DNA from: Eubacteriales bacterium
GTDB lineage: Bacteria > Bacillota > Clostridia > Oscillospirales > CAG-272
Length of the DNA: 51,561 bases
Direction: 5' to 3'
Assembly (NCBI GenBank): GCA_045602205.1
Contig: JAZSBF010000026.1
Span: 1 to 51,561 of the forward strand
Below the pieces are notes generated by a model, which worked only from the letters and a program-made list of their open reading frames with translations, did not search any database and was not told the DNA's origin. The translations under genes and the position numbers were made by a program. Below are positions 35,232-44,150 of this stretch, one piece after another. How positions within the stretch are numbered: the stretch's first letter is position 1; each line of letters starts with the position of its first letter.

Positions 35232-36654
35232 ATACGAAGCCGTGATCGGACTTGAGGTGCACGTTGAGCTATCAACGAAAACAAAGATCTTTTGCTCCTG
35301 CTCTACCGAATTCGGAGCTCCGCCAAACACTCTTTGCTGTCCTGTTTGTATGGGACTCCCCGGAGCTCTGCCAACACTTAACAAAAAAGTGCTCGATTAC
35401 GCGATAAAAGCAGGACTTGCCACAAATTGCGAGATATCTGCCGTCTCAAACCACGATAGAAAGAACTATTTTTATCCCGATCTTCCCAAAGCTTATCAGA
35501 TATCTCAATATGATGTTCCCATTTGCTATAACGGATACGTTTCGATAGAGACATCGTCCCTATCAAAACGTATCGGCATTACCAGAATACATATCGAGGA
35601 GGACGCGGGCAAGCTCGTGCACTCCGAAGAATACGGAACGATGATAGACTTCAACCGTTGCGGCGTTCCGCTTATAGAAATAGTTTCAGAGCCCGATATA
35701 CGTTCCTCAGAGGAAGCGAAAGCTTACCTCAAAAAGCTCCGTTCGATCATACTTTATACAGGCATTTCCGACTGCAAAATGAACGAAGGCTCATTCAGAT
35801 GCGATGTGAACATATCTTTGAGACCCGATGGTTCAAGCGAGTTTGGCGCACGTTGCGAGATCAAAAACCTCAATTCCTTTGCCTTTGTCGCAAAAGCAAT
35901 AGACGCAGAGATCGCCAGACAGTCAGCTCTGCTCGACTCGGGCAATGCTATCCTGCAAGAAACGCGGCGTTTTGACCCAAAATCTTCAAAAACATATTCT
36001 ATGAGAGCCAAAGAAAGCAGTGACGACTACCGCTATTTCCCCGAGCCTGATCTTCCGCCGATAGAAATATCCGAAGATCAGGTCAAGCATCTCAAGTACG
36101 AGCTTCCCACGCTCCCCGACGAAAGACAAAAGAACTACGTGTCGCGCTACGGCATCACTCCTTACGACAGCGCCGTGATATCTTCAGATATGGCACTCTC
36201 CGACTATTTTGAAAAAGCGGCAGAGCAAACAAGCTATCCCAAAATACTTGCAAATCTTATAATATCTCAGCTTCTATCACTGACTTCATTAGAAAACTTT
36301 TCCGTGTCTCTTTTGCCAAAGTATATCGCAGAGCTTTCAGAGCTTATCGGCACAAACAGGATAAATTCATCAAGCGCAAAGATACTTATGAAACGAATTT
36401 TTTCTGAAAACATCTCGCCGATAACGATAGCCGAAAACGAGAACTTGTTCCAGATATCAGACAAAGAGGCGCTGACTCTCTTTGCAAAGGAAGCAATAGC
36501 TTGCTCTCCGTCCTCACTGTCCGATTACAAGAACGGTAAAAAGCACGCCGCAAAAGCTATATTCGGAAAGGCAATGGCAAAATCATCGGGCCGTGCCGAT
36601 CCCTTGGCGTTAACTGAGATTTTAGAAGATCTTCTGAACAATATCTCAATTTGA
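35221..36654 (+). CDS. gatB: Asp/Glu-tRNA amidotransferase subunit B
   Basis: 'YEAVIGLEVHVEL', 'CPVCMGLPGALP', 'RIHIEEDAGK'. ATG 35221 overlaps the gatA end. The ORF-track start 35113 is rejected. Confidence 0.95.
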   Translation: MKNKYEAVIGLEVHVELSTKTKIFCSCSTEFGAPPNTLCCPVCMGLPGALPTLNKKVLDYAIKAGLATNCEISAVSNHDRKNYFYPDLPKAYQISQYDVPICYNGYVSIETSSLSKRIGITRIHIEEDAGKLVHSEEYGTMIDFNRCGVPLIEIVSEPDIRSSEEAKAYLKKLRSIILYTGISDCKMNEGSFRCDVNISLRPDGSSEFGARCEIKNLNSFAFVAKAIDAEIARQSALLDSGNAILQETRRFDPKSSKTYSMRAKESSDDYRYFPEPDLPPIEISEDQVKHLKYELPTLPDERQKNYVSRYGITPYDSAVISSDMALSDYFEKAAEQTSYPKILANLIISQLLSLTSLENFSVSLLPKYIAELSELIGTNRINSSSAKILMKRIFSENISPITIAENENLFQISDKEALTLFAKEAIACSPSSLSDYKNGKKHAAKAIFGKAMAKSSGRADPLALTEILEDLLNNISI

Positions 36655-36670
36655 TTTGTTCAACAAAAAA

Positions 36671-36722
36671 CACCGCATAGACGTTTGGCTTATACACCAA
36701 AATCTATGCGGTGATATTTTTT
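36671..36722. terminator. Bidirectional terminator (gatB / convergent LRR lipoprotein gene)
   Basis: 11-bp stem CACCGCATAGA/TCTATGCGGTG, with an A-run before it and TTTTTT after it. Confidence 0.65.
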
Positions 36723-36735
36723 ATTTTAAGATAAA

Positions 36736-37527
36736 TTATGCGGGAATTTCAACTTTATACTCGTTTTTTACCGCGTATTCGTAAGCATCAGACTCCGCAG
36801 GAGCTACTACCGTGATAGTCTCGTTTTTTGCGCCAAATATCGCGCGGCCAAAGTTCTCAACGGTTGCGGGAAGAGTTATCCTTACAAGAGCAGGATCAGC
36901 ATCAAAAGCAAGATCTCCGATAGTCTTTACAGACTCGGGAACGTTAACATCACTAAGAAGGTCGCAATCAGCAAAAGCCATAGCGCCGATCTCTGTAACC
37001 TTTGTGGGAATAACTATCTTCGCAAGCTTAACACAGCCCCAGAACGTAAAGTCATCTATCTTTGTGAGTTCGCTGGAAAGAGTGATATCTGTGGGTGCTA
37101 CACACTTTCTGAATGTGCCGACACCTATTTCGGTAACAGCATTACCCATTGTAACCTTTGCGAGATTTGTACATTGATAAAATACAAAATCACCAATATG
37201 CTCAACGGTATCGGGAATAACTACCTCGCTTATACGGTTGTTAGCCTTGAATGCACCGTCTGCTATTCCTGTAACGTCGATATCATTTATGCTGGAGGGG
37301 ATCTCCACCTTATGAGGAGTCATATTCGTGGTGGAAAAGCCTATTATATCATAGTCTCCGTCCTCATTGGTTGCGTATTTAAAGTTATCGCCACCTTCGG
37401 TAGCATATATTTCCTCTACAACAACTGCTTCTTCGTTATCGGGCGTTTTCTCGTCATCCTTCTTAGCGCAGGAAACTACCGCCAGCATCATAACAACAGC
37501 AAGCATAATAGCCAAAATCTTTTTCAT
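36736..37527 (-). CDS. BspA-type leucine-rich-repeat lipoprotein
   Basis: Lipobox 'MLAVVSC'. Repeated ~23-aa units 'IPxxVxxIGxxAFxxCxxL'. The start is at MKKIL (37527). Confidence 0.75.
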   Translation of the reverse strand: MKKILAIMLAVVMMLAVVSCAKKDDEKTPDNEEAVVVEEIYATEGGDNFKYATNEDGDYDIIGFSTTNMTPHKVEIPSSINDIDVTGIADGAFKANNRISEVVIPDTVEHIGDFVFYQCTNLAKVTMGNAVTEIGVGTFRKCVAPTDITLSSELTKIDDFTFWGCVKLAKIVIPTKVTEIGAMAFADCDLLSDVNVPESVKTIGDLAFDADPALVRITLPATVENFGRAIFGAKNETITVVAPAESDAYEYAVKNEYKVEIPA

Positions 37528-37637
37528 AAGTAACCTCCAAAGTTTTGTATTCACACCTTATTATACACCAATACCTCTTTCTTGTCAATACATAAAAGCT
37601 CCAACTTTGTAAACATTTTATATTTTTTCTCTTTTAT

Positions 37638-37666
37638 TTGACACGGAAGGAAAAAAAGTGTATAAT
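37638..37666 (+). promoter_or_regulatory. Perfect-consensus sigma-A promoter for recG
   Basis: TTGACA 37638-43, 17 nt, TATAAT 37661-66. Confidence 0.55.
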
Positions 37667-37707
37667 TATTATGATTACTATAAAAATCAAATTATAAGGA
37701 GGTCTTT

Positions 37708-39837
37708 ATGGCGCTTGATCAAAACACTAACATAAAATCGCTTTACGGCGTTGGACCTGCACGCGCGTCTGCTTATTCAAAGCTTGGCATAAACAGCGTC
37801 GGCGACCTTCTATCACATTATCCGAAGCGATATGAAAACAGAGGCGATATAAAGCTTCTCTGCGACACAGAGCCCGATATAAAAAATGCGGTCATTCTGA
37901 CCGTGGGCACAGAACCGAAGATATCGACTCTCAAGGGCAGACTTTCCCTACTCAAGTTCAAAGCCTTTGACGAAAGCGGAGTTTGCGAGATAATTTATTT
38001 CAATCAAAATTTTCTCAAAAGCACCTTTGCTGTGGGAGCTCAATTCAGATTTTTTGGCAAGGTGGAGAAAAAATCAAAAAATTACGCTATGTCCTCACCA
38101 AGCTACGAGCCGTATTTTGAGGATGCTTATCTGCCCCCCCTCACCTCGATATACCCTCTCACCGAAGGACTCTCTCAAAAGCAGGTAACAAAGGACGTAA
38201 ATACCGTATTCTCAAGCGCAAACGTCAATACTATCCAAGATCCGTTGCCCGAGGACATACGAACATCAAACTCGCTATGTACTCTGCCGTATGCGCTCAA
38301 AAACATTCACCGCCCCGAAAGCTACGTTGCTCTGGCGGCGGCAAAAAAGCGGCTTATATTCGACGAATTTTTCACCTTTGCGCTGGGACTTTCGCTGACA
38401 AAGGTAAAGCGAGAGCAAGCGACAGCTCCGCCCTGTCCGAGTCAGGATATAAGCGAGCTTCTCTCGCTTCTTCCCTACAAGCTCACAAACGCGCAGCTAA
38501 GAGTCATCGAAGACGTTAAGCGTGATATGGCAAAGAGCAGCGCTATGAGCAGGATAATCGTCGGAGACGTGGGCTGCGGAAAAACGATATGCGCCGCAGC
38601 TGCTATCTATATCGCTGTAAAAAACCGCTTGCAAGCGGCGCTTATGGTGCCAACCGAGATACTCGCGATCCAGCACTACAACGATATGAGCGAGCTCTTC
38701 GCAAAGCTCGGCATACGTGCTAAGCTCCTCACCTCATCGGTAAAAAAATCAGAAAAGCTTAAGATATACGAGGCCTTGCAATCGGAAGATCCCCGTGAGC
38801 GAATAGACGTTATAATAGGAACTCAAGCGCTTCTCAGCGAGGGTGTTAATTTCTTTGACTTAGGACTTGTCGTAACCGACGAGCAACACAGATTCGGCGT
38901 TAACCAAAGAGCGATCCTTTCGGAAAAGAGCTCTCACGCGCACGTTCTCGTAATGAGCGCCACACCTATCCCTCGTTCGATGGCTCTCGCTCTTTACGGA
39001 GACCTCGACCTCTCGCTTATCGACGAGATGCCCCCTGGCAGACAAAAGGTAGATACCTTCGTCGTAAACGAAAGCTACCGAGATAGACTTAATGCCTTTA
39101 TATTCAAGCAAATAAAAGAGGGCGGACAGGTATATATCGTATGCCCTGCCGTCGAAGAAGGCGAGGAGAAGGAGGGCGACATCGACATTCAGGATATCGA
39201 CGAGAACGGAGATGTAAAGCGTTCGCCTCCCCTCAAGACCGCTGTGGAATTTTCGGAGCAGATATCAAAGATATTTTCGTCGCTCCGCGTCGAATATATC
39301 CACGGAAAAATGAGATCCGCCGAAAAAGAAGCGGTTATGAAGCGATTTGCCGACGGAGATACCGATATCCTCGTTTCAACGACTGTTATAGAGGTCGGAG
39401 TTAACGTCCCGAACGCATCGCTTATGATAGTTGAAAACGCGGAGCGCTTCGGTCTGTCTCAGCTTCATCAGCTTCGCGGACGAGTCGGACGAGGAAAAAG
39501 AAAATCCTTCTGTATCCTCGTCTCGGAGGCATCCGAAGGGAACGCTTATATGCGCCTTAATACAATGAAGACGACCTACGACGGATATGCGATAGCCGAG
39601 CGAGACCTTGAAATGAGAGGGCCCGGAGACTTCCTTCACGGGAACGACTCTCAGGATATACGCCAGAGCGGCGGAGTAAAATTTAAGCTTGCTCAGCTTT
39701 GTGATGATACAGGACTGCTTAAGACGGCTTTTAGTGAAGCAGAAAAGCTCACCTCAAGCGAAAAGCTCTCGGAGCATCCCTTACTTCTCAAAAAAATAAA
39801 CGATATGTTTACTCTTGATGCTTCGGTGATGAACTGA
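37708..39837 (+). CDS. recG: ATP-dependent DNA helicase RecG
   Basis: 709 aa. Wedge domain, 'GDVGCGKT', 'VTDEQHRFG', 'SATPIPRS', 'QLHQLRGRVGRG'. Confidence 0.93.
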   Translation: MALDQNTNIKSLYGVGPARASAYSKLGINSVGDLLSHYPKRYENRGDIKLLCDTEPDIKNAVILTVGTEPKISTLKGRLSLLKFKAFDESGVCEIIYFNQNFLKSTFAVGAQFRFFGKVEKKSKNYAMSSPSYEPYFEDAYLPPLTSIYPLTEGLSQKQVTKDVNTVFSSANVNTIQDPLPEDIRTSNSLCTLPYALKNIHRPESYVALAAAKKRLIFDEFFTFALGLSLTKVKREQATAPPCPSQDISELLSLLPYKLTNAQLRVIEDVKRDMAKSSAMSRIIVGDVGCGKTICAAAAIYIAVKNRLQAALMVPTEILAIQHYNDMSELFAKLGIRAKLLTSSVKKSEKLKIYEALQSEDPRERIDVIIGTQALLSEGVNFFDLGLVVTDEQHRFGVNQRAILSEKSSHAHVLVMSATPIPRSMALALYGDLDLSLIDEMPPGRQKVDTFVVNESYRDRLNAFIFKQIKEGGQVYIVCPAVEEGEEKEGDIDIQDIDENGDVKRSPPLKTAVEFSEQISKIFSSLRVEYIHGKMRSAEKEAVMKRFADGDTDILVSTTVIEVGVNVPNASLMIVENAERFGLSQLHQLRGRVGRGKRKSFCILVSEASEGNAYMRLNTMKTTYDGYAIAERDLEMRGPGDFLHGNDSQDIRQSGGVKFKLAQLCDDTGLLKTAFSEAEKLTSSEKLSEHPLLLKKINDMFTLDASVMN

Positions 39838-39902
39838 AGCGAATATGGCGGCGATGTGCGCTATATTATATATTGTGAAACTACTTTTAAGGAGATAGCA
39901 CG

Positions 39903-40298
39903 ATGTATGCATATAGACAGCACTGCCGCCGTTTTGTTTTTGAGGGAAACGAAATATTGAGATTTTTCGCAAAGTATCCATCCTTCGAAAATAATACCGA
40001 AATAACCGAATTTTATGAGGAACTCGCAAAGGAATGTGAACTTTTTTGCGAACAAAATAAGTTTCCCGAGCTTTGCGAATTTTTCAAAAGCGAGAAAAGA
40101 GGGCAAAAAAATCCCATTCAGCAAACCTATATATACAGATTTTGCGCGCAAATATCCGATATCTCGGAGGAGAGCGCAAACGTGTTGCTTTCGGTCACGT
40201 TTTACCGAACAAAAAATGAACCTATACTCTCTTTCTCGGATAGACAAAAATGGTGTCTTGCGACCAATATGATGGTAAAAAACGATAAAATTCAGTGA
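39903..40298 (+). CDS. Hypothetical protein (131 aa)
   Basis: AAGGAG RBS 9 nt upstream of the ATG. No motif recognised. Confidence 0.4.
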   Translation: MYAYRQHCRRFVFEGNEILRFFAKYPSFENNTEITEFYEELAKECELFCEQNKFPELCEFFKSEKRGQKNPIQQTYIYRFCAQISDISEESANVLLSVTFYRTKNEPILSFSDRQKWCLATNMMVKNDKIQ

Positions 40299-40411
40299 TT
40301 TTTTAAAGCCTTTTTCTTCCATTCAAATATTGTTTACAAATCCACCTTTAATATTTAATTCATTTGTTGTATAATGATAAAATATGATGTTTTATCTTAT
40401 GGAGGAAACTT

Positions 40412-42154
40412 ATGCTCAAACAACTTTTGAAGAGCGTTCGAGAATATAAATTAAGCTCAATTCTCGCTCCGCTCTTTGTTGCCGCTGAGGTGGTGGTCGA
40501 ATGTATAATCCCATTCGTCACAGCAAAGCTTGTAAACAATATTGAACTCGGATGTGAAATGTCCACGCTCTTTAAATACGGGGCTAAGCTCGTCGTTCTG
40601 GCGTTTACGTCTTTGATGTTTGGAGTTCTCTCGGGACATTTTTGCGCGATCGCTTCCTGCGGATTCGCAAAAAATCTGAGACACGATATGTATTACTCTA
40701 TCCAGAATTTTTCTTTCACCAATATAGATAAATTCTCAACCTCAAGCCTTGTCACACGCCTTACTACCGACGTTATGAACGTGCAGATGTCATATATGAT
40801 GATAATCCGCACAGCCGTCAGAGCGCCGCTTATGATAATATTCGCGCTTACTATGGCTATTATAGTCAGCCCGTCGGTATCGCTCTCATTTGCTATAATA
40901 ATCCCCTTCCTTGCTATCGGACTTGCGCTCATAGTTAAAAATTCCTGGGGCATCTTCCATGCCGTATTCAAGAAATACGACACGCTCAATAACTCTATCC
41001 AAGAGAACGTTGGCGCAATGAGAGTCGTCAAAGCTTTTGTTCGCGAGAAGTATGAGACCGACAAATTCAAAAAAGCCTCTGACGATGTCTGTGCTGACTT
41101 TACAAAGGCTGAAAAGATCCTTGCCCTTAACAATCCGCTTATGCAGTTCTGTATGAACGCGCTTATGGTGTCTGTTTCGCTAATAGGCTCTTATTTTATA
41201 ATAGTTACCAAGGAGTCCGAGCTCCAGGTGGGTGAGCTTGCCGCGCTTATAACCTACGGTGTGCAGATACTTATGAGTCTTATGATGCTCTCGATGATAA
41301 TCGTTATGATAGCTATGTCGATAGCATCGGCAAAGCGTATCACCGAGGTGCTCACAGAAAAGAGCTCTATATCAAGCCCCGAGAATGCAATCCACGAGGT
41401 AGCTGACGGAAGCATCGTATTTGAAAACGTAAGCTTCAAATACTCCGAGGGCGCTGAAAAGTTCTCGCTTTCCAATATAAACATATCTATCGCCTCGGGC
41501 GAGACGGTCGGTATAATCGGAGGAACAGGAAGCAGTAAGACCTCGCTTATACAGCTTATCCCAAGACTTTATGACGTCACCGAGGGCTCGCTCACGGTGG
41601 GTGGCGTTGATGTTAAGCAATATAACCTTGAAGCGCTTCGAAACAACGTTGCCGTTGTACTCCAGAAGAATCTCCTTTTCTCAGGAACTATAAAGGACAA
41701 CCTTCGCTGGGGAGACCCGAACGCATCCGACGAGGAGATGGAGCGCATCTGCAAGCTCGCTCAGGCTGACGAATTCATTCAGAAATTCCCCGACAAGTAC
41801 GACACCTATATCGAGCAGGGAGGAACTAACGTATCGGGCGGTCAGAAGCAGCGTCTTTGCATTGCGCGCGCGCTTCTTAAAAAGCCTAAGATCCTTATCC
41901 TTGACGACTCTACGAGCGCTGTCGATACAAAGACCGACGCTCTTATCCGCCGCGAGTTTGCCGAAGAGATACCCGGCACGACAAAGATAATCATAGCGCA
42001 GAGAATATCCTCGGTACAGCACGCTGACAAAATAATCGTTATGGAAAACGGAAGTATAGAATCGATAGGTAATCACGACGAGCTTATGAAGATAAGCCCC
42101 ATTTACCGTGAAGTCTACGAATCACAGGTAAAGGGAGGTGACGAAAATGAATAA
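40412..42154 (+). CDS. ABC exporter half-transporter (TMD-NBD), chain with degenerate NBD motifs
   Basis: 580 aa. Walker A 'GGTGSSKT', signature 'VSGGQKQR', Walker B 'ILILDDSTS' (Asp in place of the catalytic Glu), switch 'IIAQRIS' (Gln in place of His). Confidence 0.9.
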   Translation: MLKQLLKSVREYKLSSILAPLFVAAEVVVECIIPFVTAKLVNNIELGCEMSTLFKYGAKLVVLAFTSLMFGVLSGHFCAIASCGFAKNLRHDMYYSIQNFSFTNIDKFSTSSLVTRLTTDVMNVQMSYMMIIRTAVRAPLMIIFALTMAIIVSPSVSLSFAIIIPFLAIGLALIVKNSWGIFHAVFKKYDTLNNSIQENVGAMRVVKAFVREKYETDKFKKASDDVCADFTKAEKILALNNPLMQFCMNALMVSVSLIGSYFIIVTKESELQVGELAALITYGVQILMSLMMLSMIIVMIAMSIASAKRITEVLTEKSSISSPENAIHEVADGSIVFENVSFKYSEGAEKFSLSNINISIASGETVGIIGGTGSSKTSLIQLIPRLYDVTEGSLTVGGVDVKQYNLEALRNNVAVVLQKNLLFSGTIKDNLRWGDPNASDEEMERICKLAQADEFIQKFPDKYDTYIEQGGTNVSGGQKQRLCIARALLKKPKILILDDSTSAVDTKTDALIRREFAEEIPGTTKIIIAQRISSVQHADKIIVMENGSIESIGNHDELMKISPIYREVYESQVKGGDENE

Positions 42155-44084
42155 TAAACAACCTAAAATGAAGAAGAACGGACGCCCTCCTATGAAAAAA
42201 GGCGTTATATCAAGAATTTTCAAAATGCTCTTTGCCGATTACCGTCCCAAGCTTATCATAGTTATGATATGTATTCTTCTCACCGCTATCGGCTCGTCGG
42301 TATCAAGTATCTTTATGAGCAAGCTTATCACACACATCAAGAACGGAGTAGAGCATGGCTGGAGTGCCGTGAGCAGTGATATTCTGACGCTTATAGCAAT
42401 TATGGCTTTGATCTACGTAATAGGAATTATAGCTTCATTCCTTTACACTCGTATTATGGCTACCATAACTCAGGGATTTCTCAACAAAACGCGTCAGCGT
42501 ATGTTTGAGGGAATGCAGTCTCTACCCCTCCGTTACTTTGATACAACACATCACGGCGACATTATGTCGTATTATACAAACGATATCGATACGCTCAGGG
42601 AGCTTATCTCACGCTGTATTCCTCAGATTATAACCTCGTCGCTCATACTCACGATACTCGTCTTCAATATGCTCTTTCTCAGTGTCTGGCTTGCGCTCGT
42701 AATACTCGTCGGCGTTATTGCAATGGTCATCGTAACTAAAAAGATCGGCGGAAACAGCGCAAAATACTTTATGAAGCAGCAAAAGGCAATGGGTAAGACC
42801 GAGGGCTTCATTGAGGAAATGATGAACGGGCAGAAGGTCATCAAGGTATTTTGCCACGAAAAGCAAAGCGGTATGGATTTTGACGCCGTCAACGAACAGC
42901 TCTGCAAGGACGCCACCTCGGCTAACAGATTCGCAAACATTCTGATGCCTATAATGGGCAATATAGGAAATATCCTTTACGTTCTTATCGCATTCGTGGG
43001 AGGAGCGCTTATCCTTATCGGCAACGTTCCAAACGTATCGATATCAACGCTTATAACGGGCAATGCCGTCATCGGTGTCGAAATTGTCATTCCCTTTCTC
43101 AATATGGCAAGACAGTTCACGAATAACGTAAGTCAGCTATCTCAGCTCCTTAACTCGATAGTTATGGCATCTGCGGGTGCGGGACGTGTCTTTGAGCTTA
43201 TGGATCAAGCGCCTGAGACCGACGAGGGATACGTTACTCTTGTCAACGCAAAAGAGGTCGACGGAAAGATAGTCGAATGCGCTGAAAGAACAGGAATGTG
43301 GGCATGGAAGCATCCGCACTCGGCTGACGGAAGCATTACCTACACAAAGCTTTGCGGAGACGTCCGTATCGAGCATATGGATTTCGGATATACCCCAGAA
43401 AAATTAGTCCTTCACGACGTCACTCTCTATGCCGAGCCGGGTCAAAAGGTGGCGTTTGTAGGAGCTACGGGTGCGGGAAAGACCACGATAACAAATCTTA
43501 TAAACAGATTTTACGATATTGACGACGGCAAGATACGCTATGACGGCATAAATATCAACAAGATAAAGAAGGCAGACCTTCGCCGCTCGCTTGGAATAGT
43601 TTTGCAGGATACAAATCTCTTCACGGGAAGCGTTATGGAAAACATCCGATACGGAAAGCTTGACGCTACCGATGAGGAATGTATAAGTGCCGCAAAGCTT
43701 GCAAACGCGCACGACTTTATCACAAGACTACCCGAGGGCTATAATACTATGCTTACCTCTAACGGAGCTAACCTCTCCCAAGGACAACGTCAGCTTATCT
43801 CAATAGCGCGCGCCGCCGTGGCAGACCCGCCCGTTATGATACTCGACGAGGCGACATCCTCGATAGACACGAGGACCGAAGCCATCGTACAGAGCGGAAT
43901 GGATGCTCTTATGAAGGGCAGAACGGTATTCGTTATAGCGCACAGACTTTCAACCGTAAGAAACTCCGACGTTATAATGGTTCTTGAGGGCGGAGTTATA
44001 ATCGAGCGAGGAAGCCACGAGGCTCTCATAGCTCAAAAGGGCAAATATTATCAGCTCTACACGGGAGCTTTCGAGCTTGAATAA
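42147..44084 (+). CDS. ABC exporter half-transporter (TMD-NBD), chain with canonical catalytic motifs
   Basis: Walker A 'GATGAGKTT', Walker B 'VMILDEATS', switch 'VIAHRLS', but signature 'LSQGQRQ'. AAGGGAGG RBS 8 nt before ATG 42147. It overlaps the upstream gene. Confidence 0.9.
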   Translation: MNNKQPKMKKNGRPPMKKGVISRIFKMLFADYRPKLIIVMICILLTAIGSSVSSIFMSKLITHIKNGVEHGWSAVSSDILTLIAIMALIYVIGIIASFLYTRIMATITQGFLNKTRQRMFEGMQSLPLRYFDTTHHGDIMSYYTNDIDTLRELISRCIPQIITSSLILTILVFNMLFLSVWLALVILVGVIAMVIVTKKIGGNSAKYFMKQQKAMGKTEGFIEEMMNGQKVIKVFCHEKQSGMDFDAVNEQLCKDATSANRFANILMPIMGNIGNILYVLIAFVGGALILIGNVPNVSISTLITGNAVIGVEIVIPFLNMARQFTNNVSQLSQLLNSIVMASAGAGRVFELMDQAPETDEGYVTLVNAKEVDGKIVECAERTGMWAWKHPHSADGSITYTKLCGDVRIEHMDFGYTPEKLVLHDVTLYAEPGQKVAFVGATGAGKTTITNLINRFYDIDDGKIRYDGININKIKKADLRRSLGIVLQDTNLFTGSVMENIRYGKLDATDEECISAAKLANAHDFITRLPEGYNTMLTSNGANLSQGQRQLISIARAAVADPPVMILDEATSSIDTRTEAIVQSGMDALMKGRTVFVIAHRLSTVRNSDVIMVLEGGVIIERGSHEALIAQKGKYYQLYTGAFELE

Positions 44085-44108
44085 ACTCTTTATTTAATAC
44101 AAAAAATT

Positions 44109-44139
44109 ATCGGAGGAGCTTTTCTGAAGCTCCTCCGAT
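44109..44139. terminator. Bidirectional terminator (ABC exporter / convergent lysK)
   Basis: 13-bp stem ATCGGAGGAGCTT/AAGCTCCTCCGAT with a 5-nt loop. A-run upstream, GTGTTTT downstream. Confidence 0.7.
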
Positions 44140-44150
44140 GTGTTTTACTA

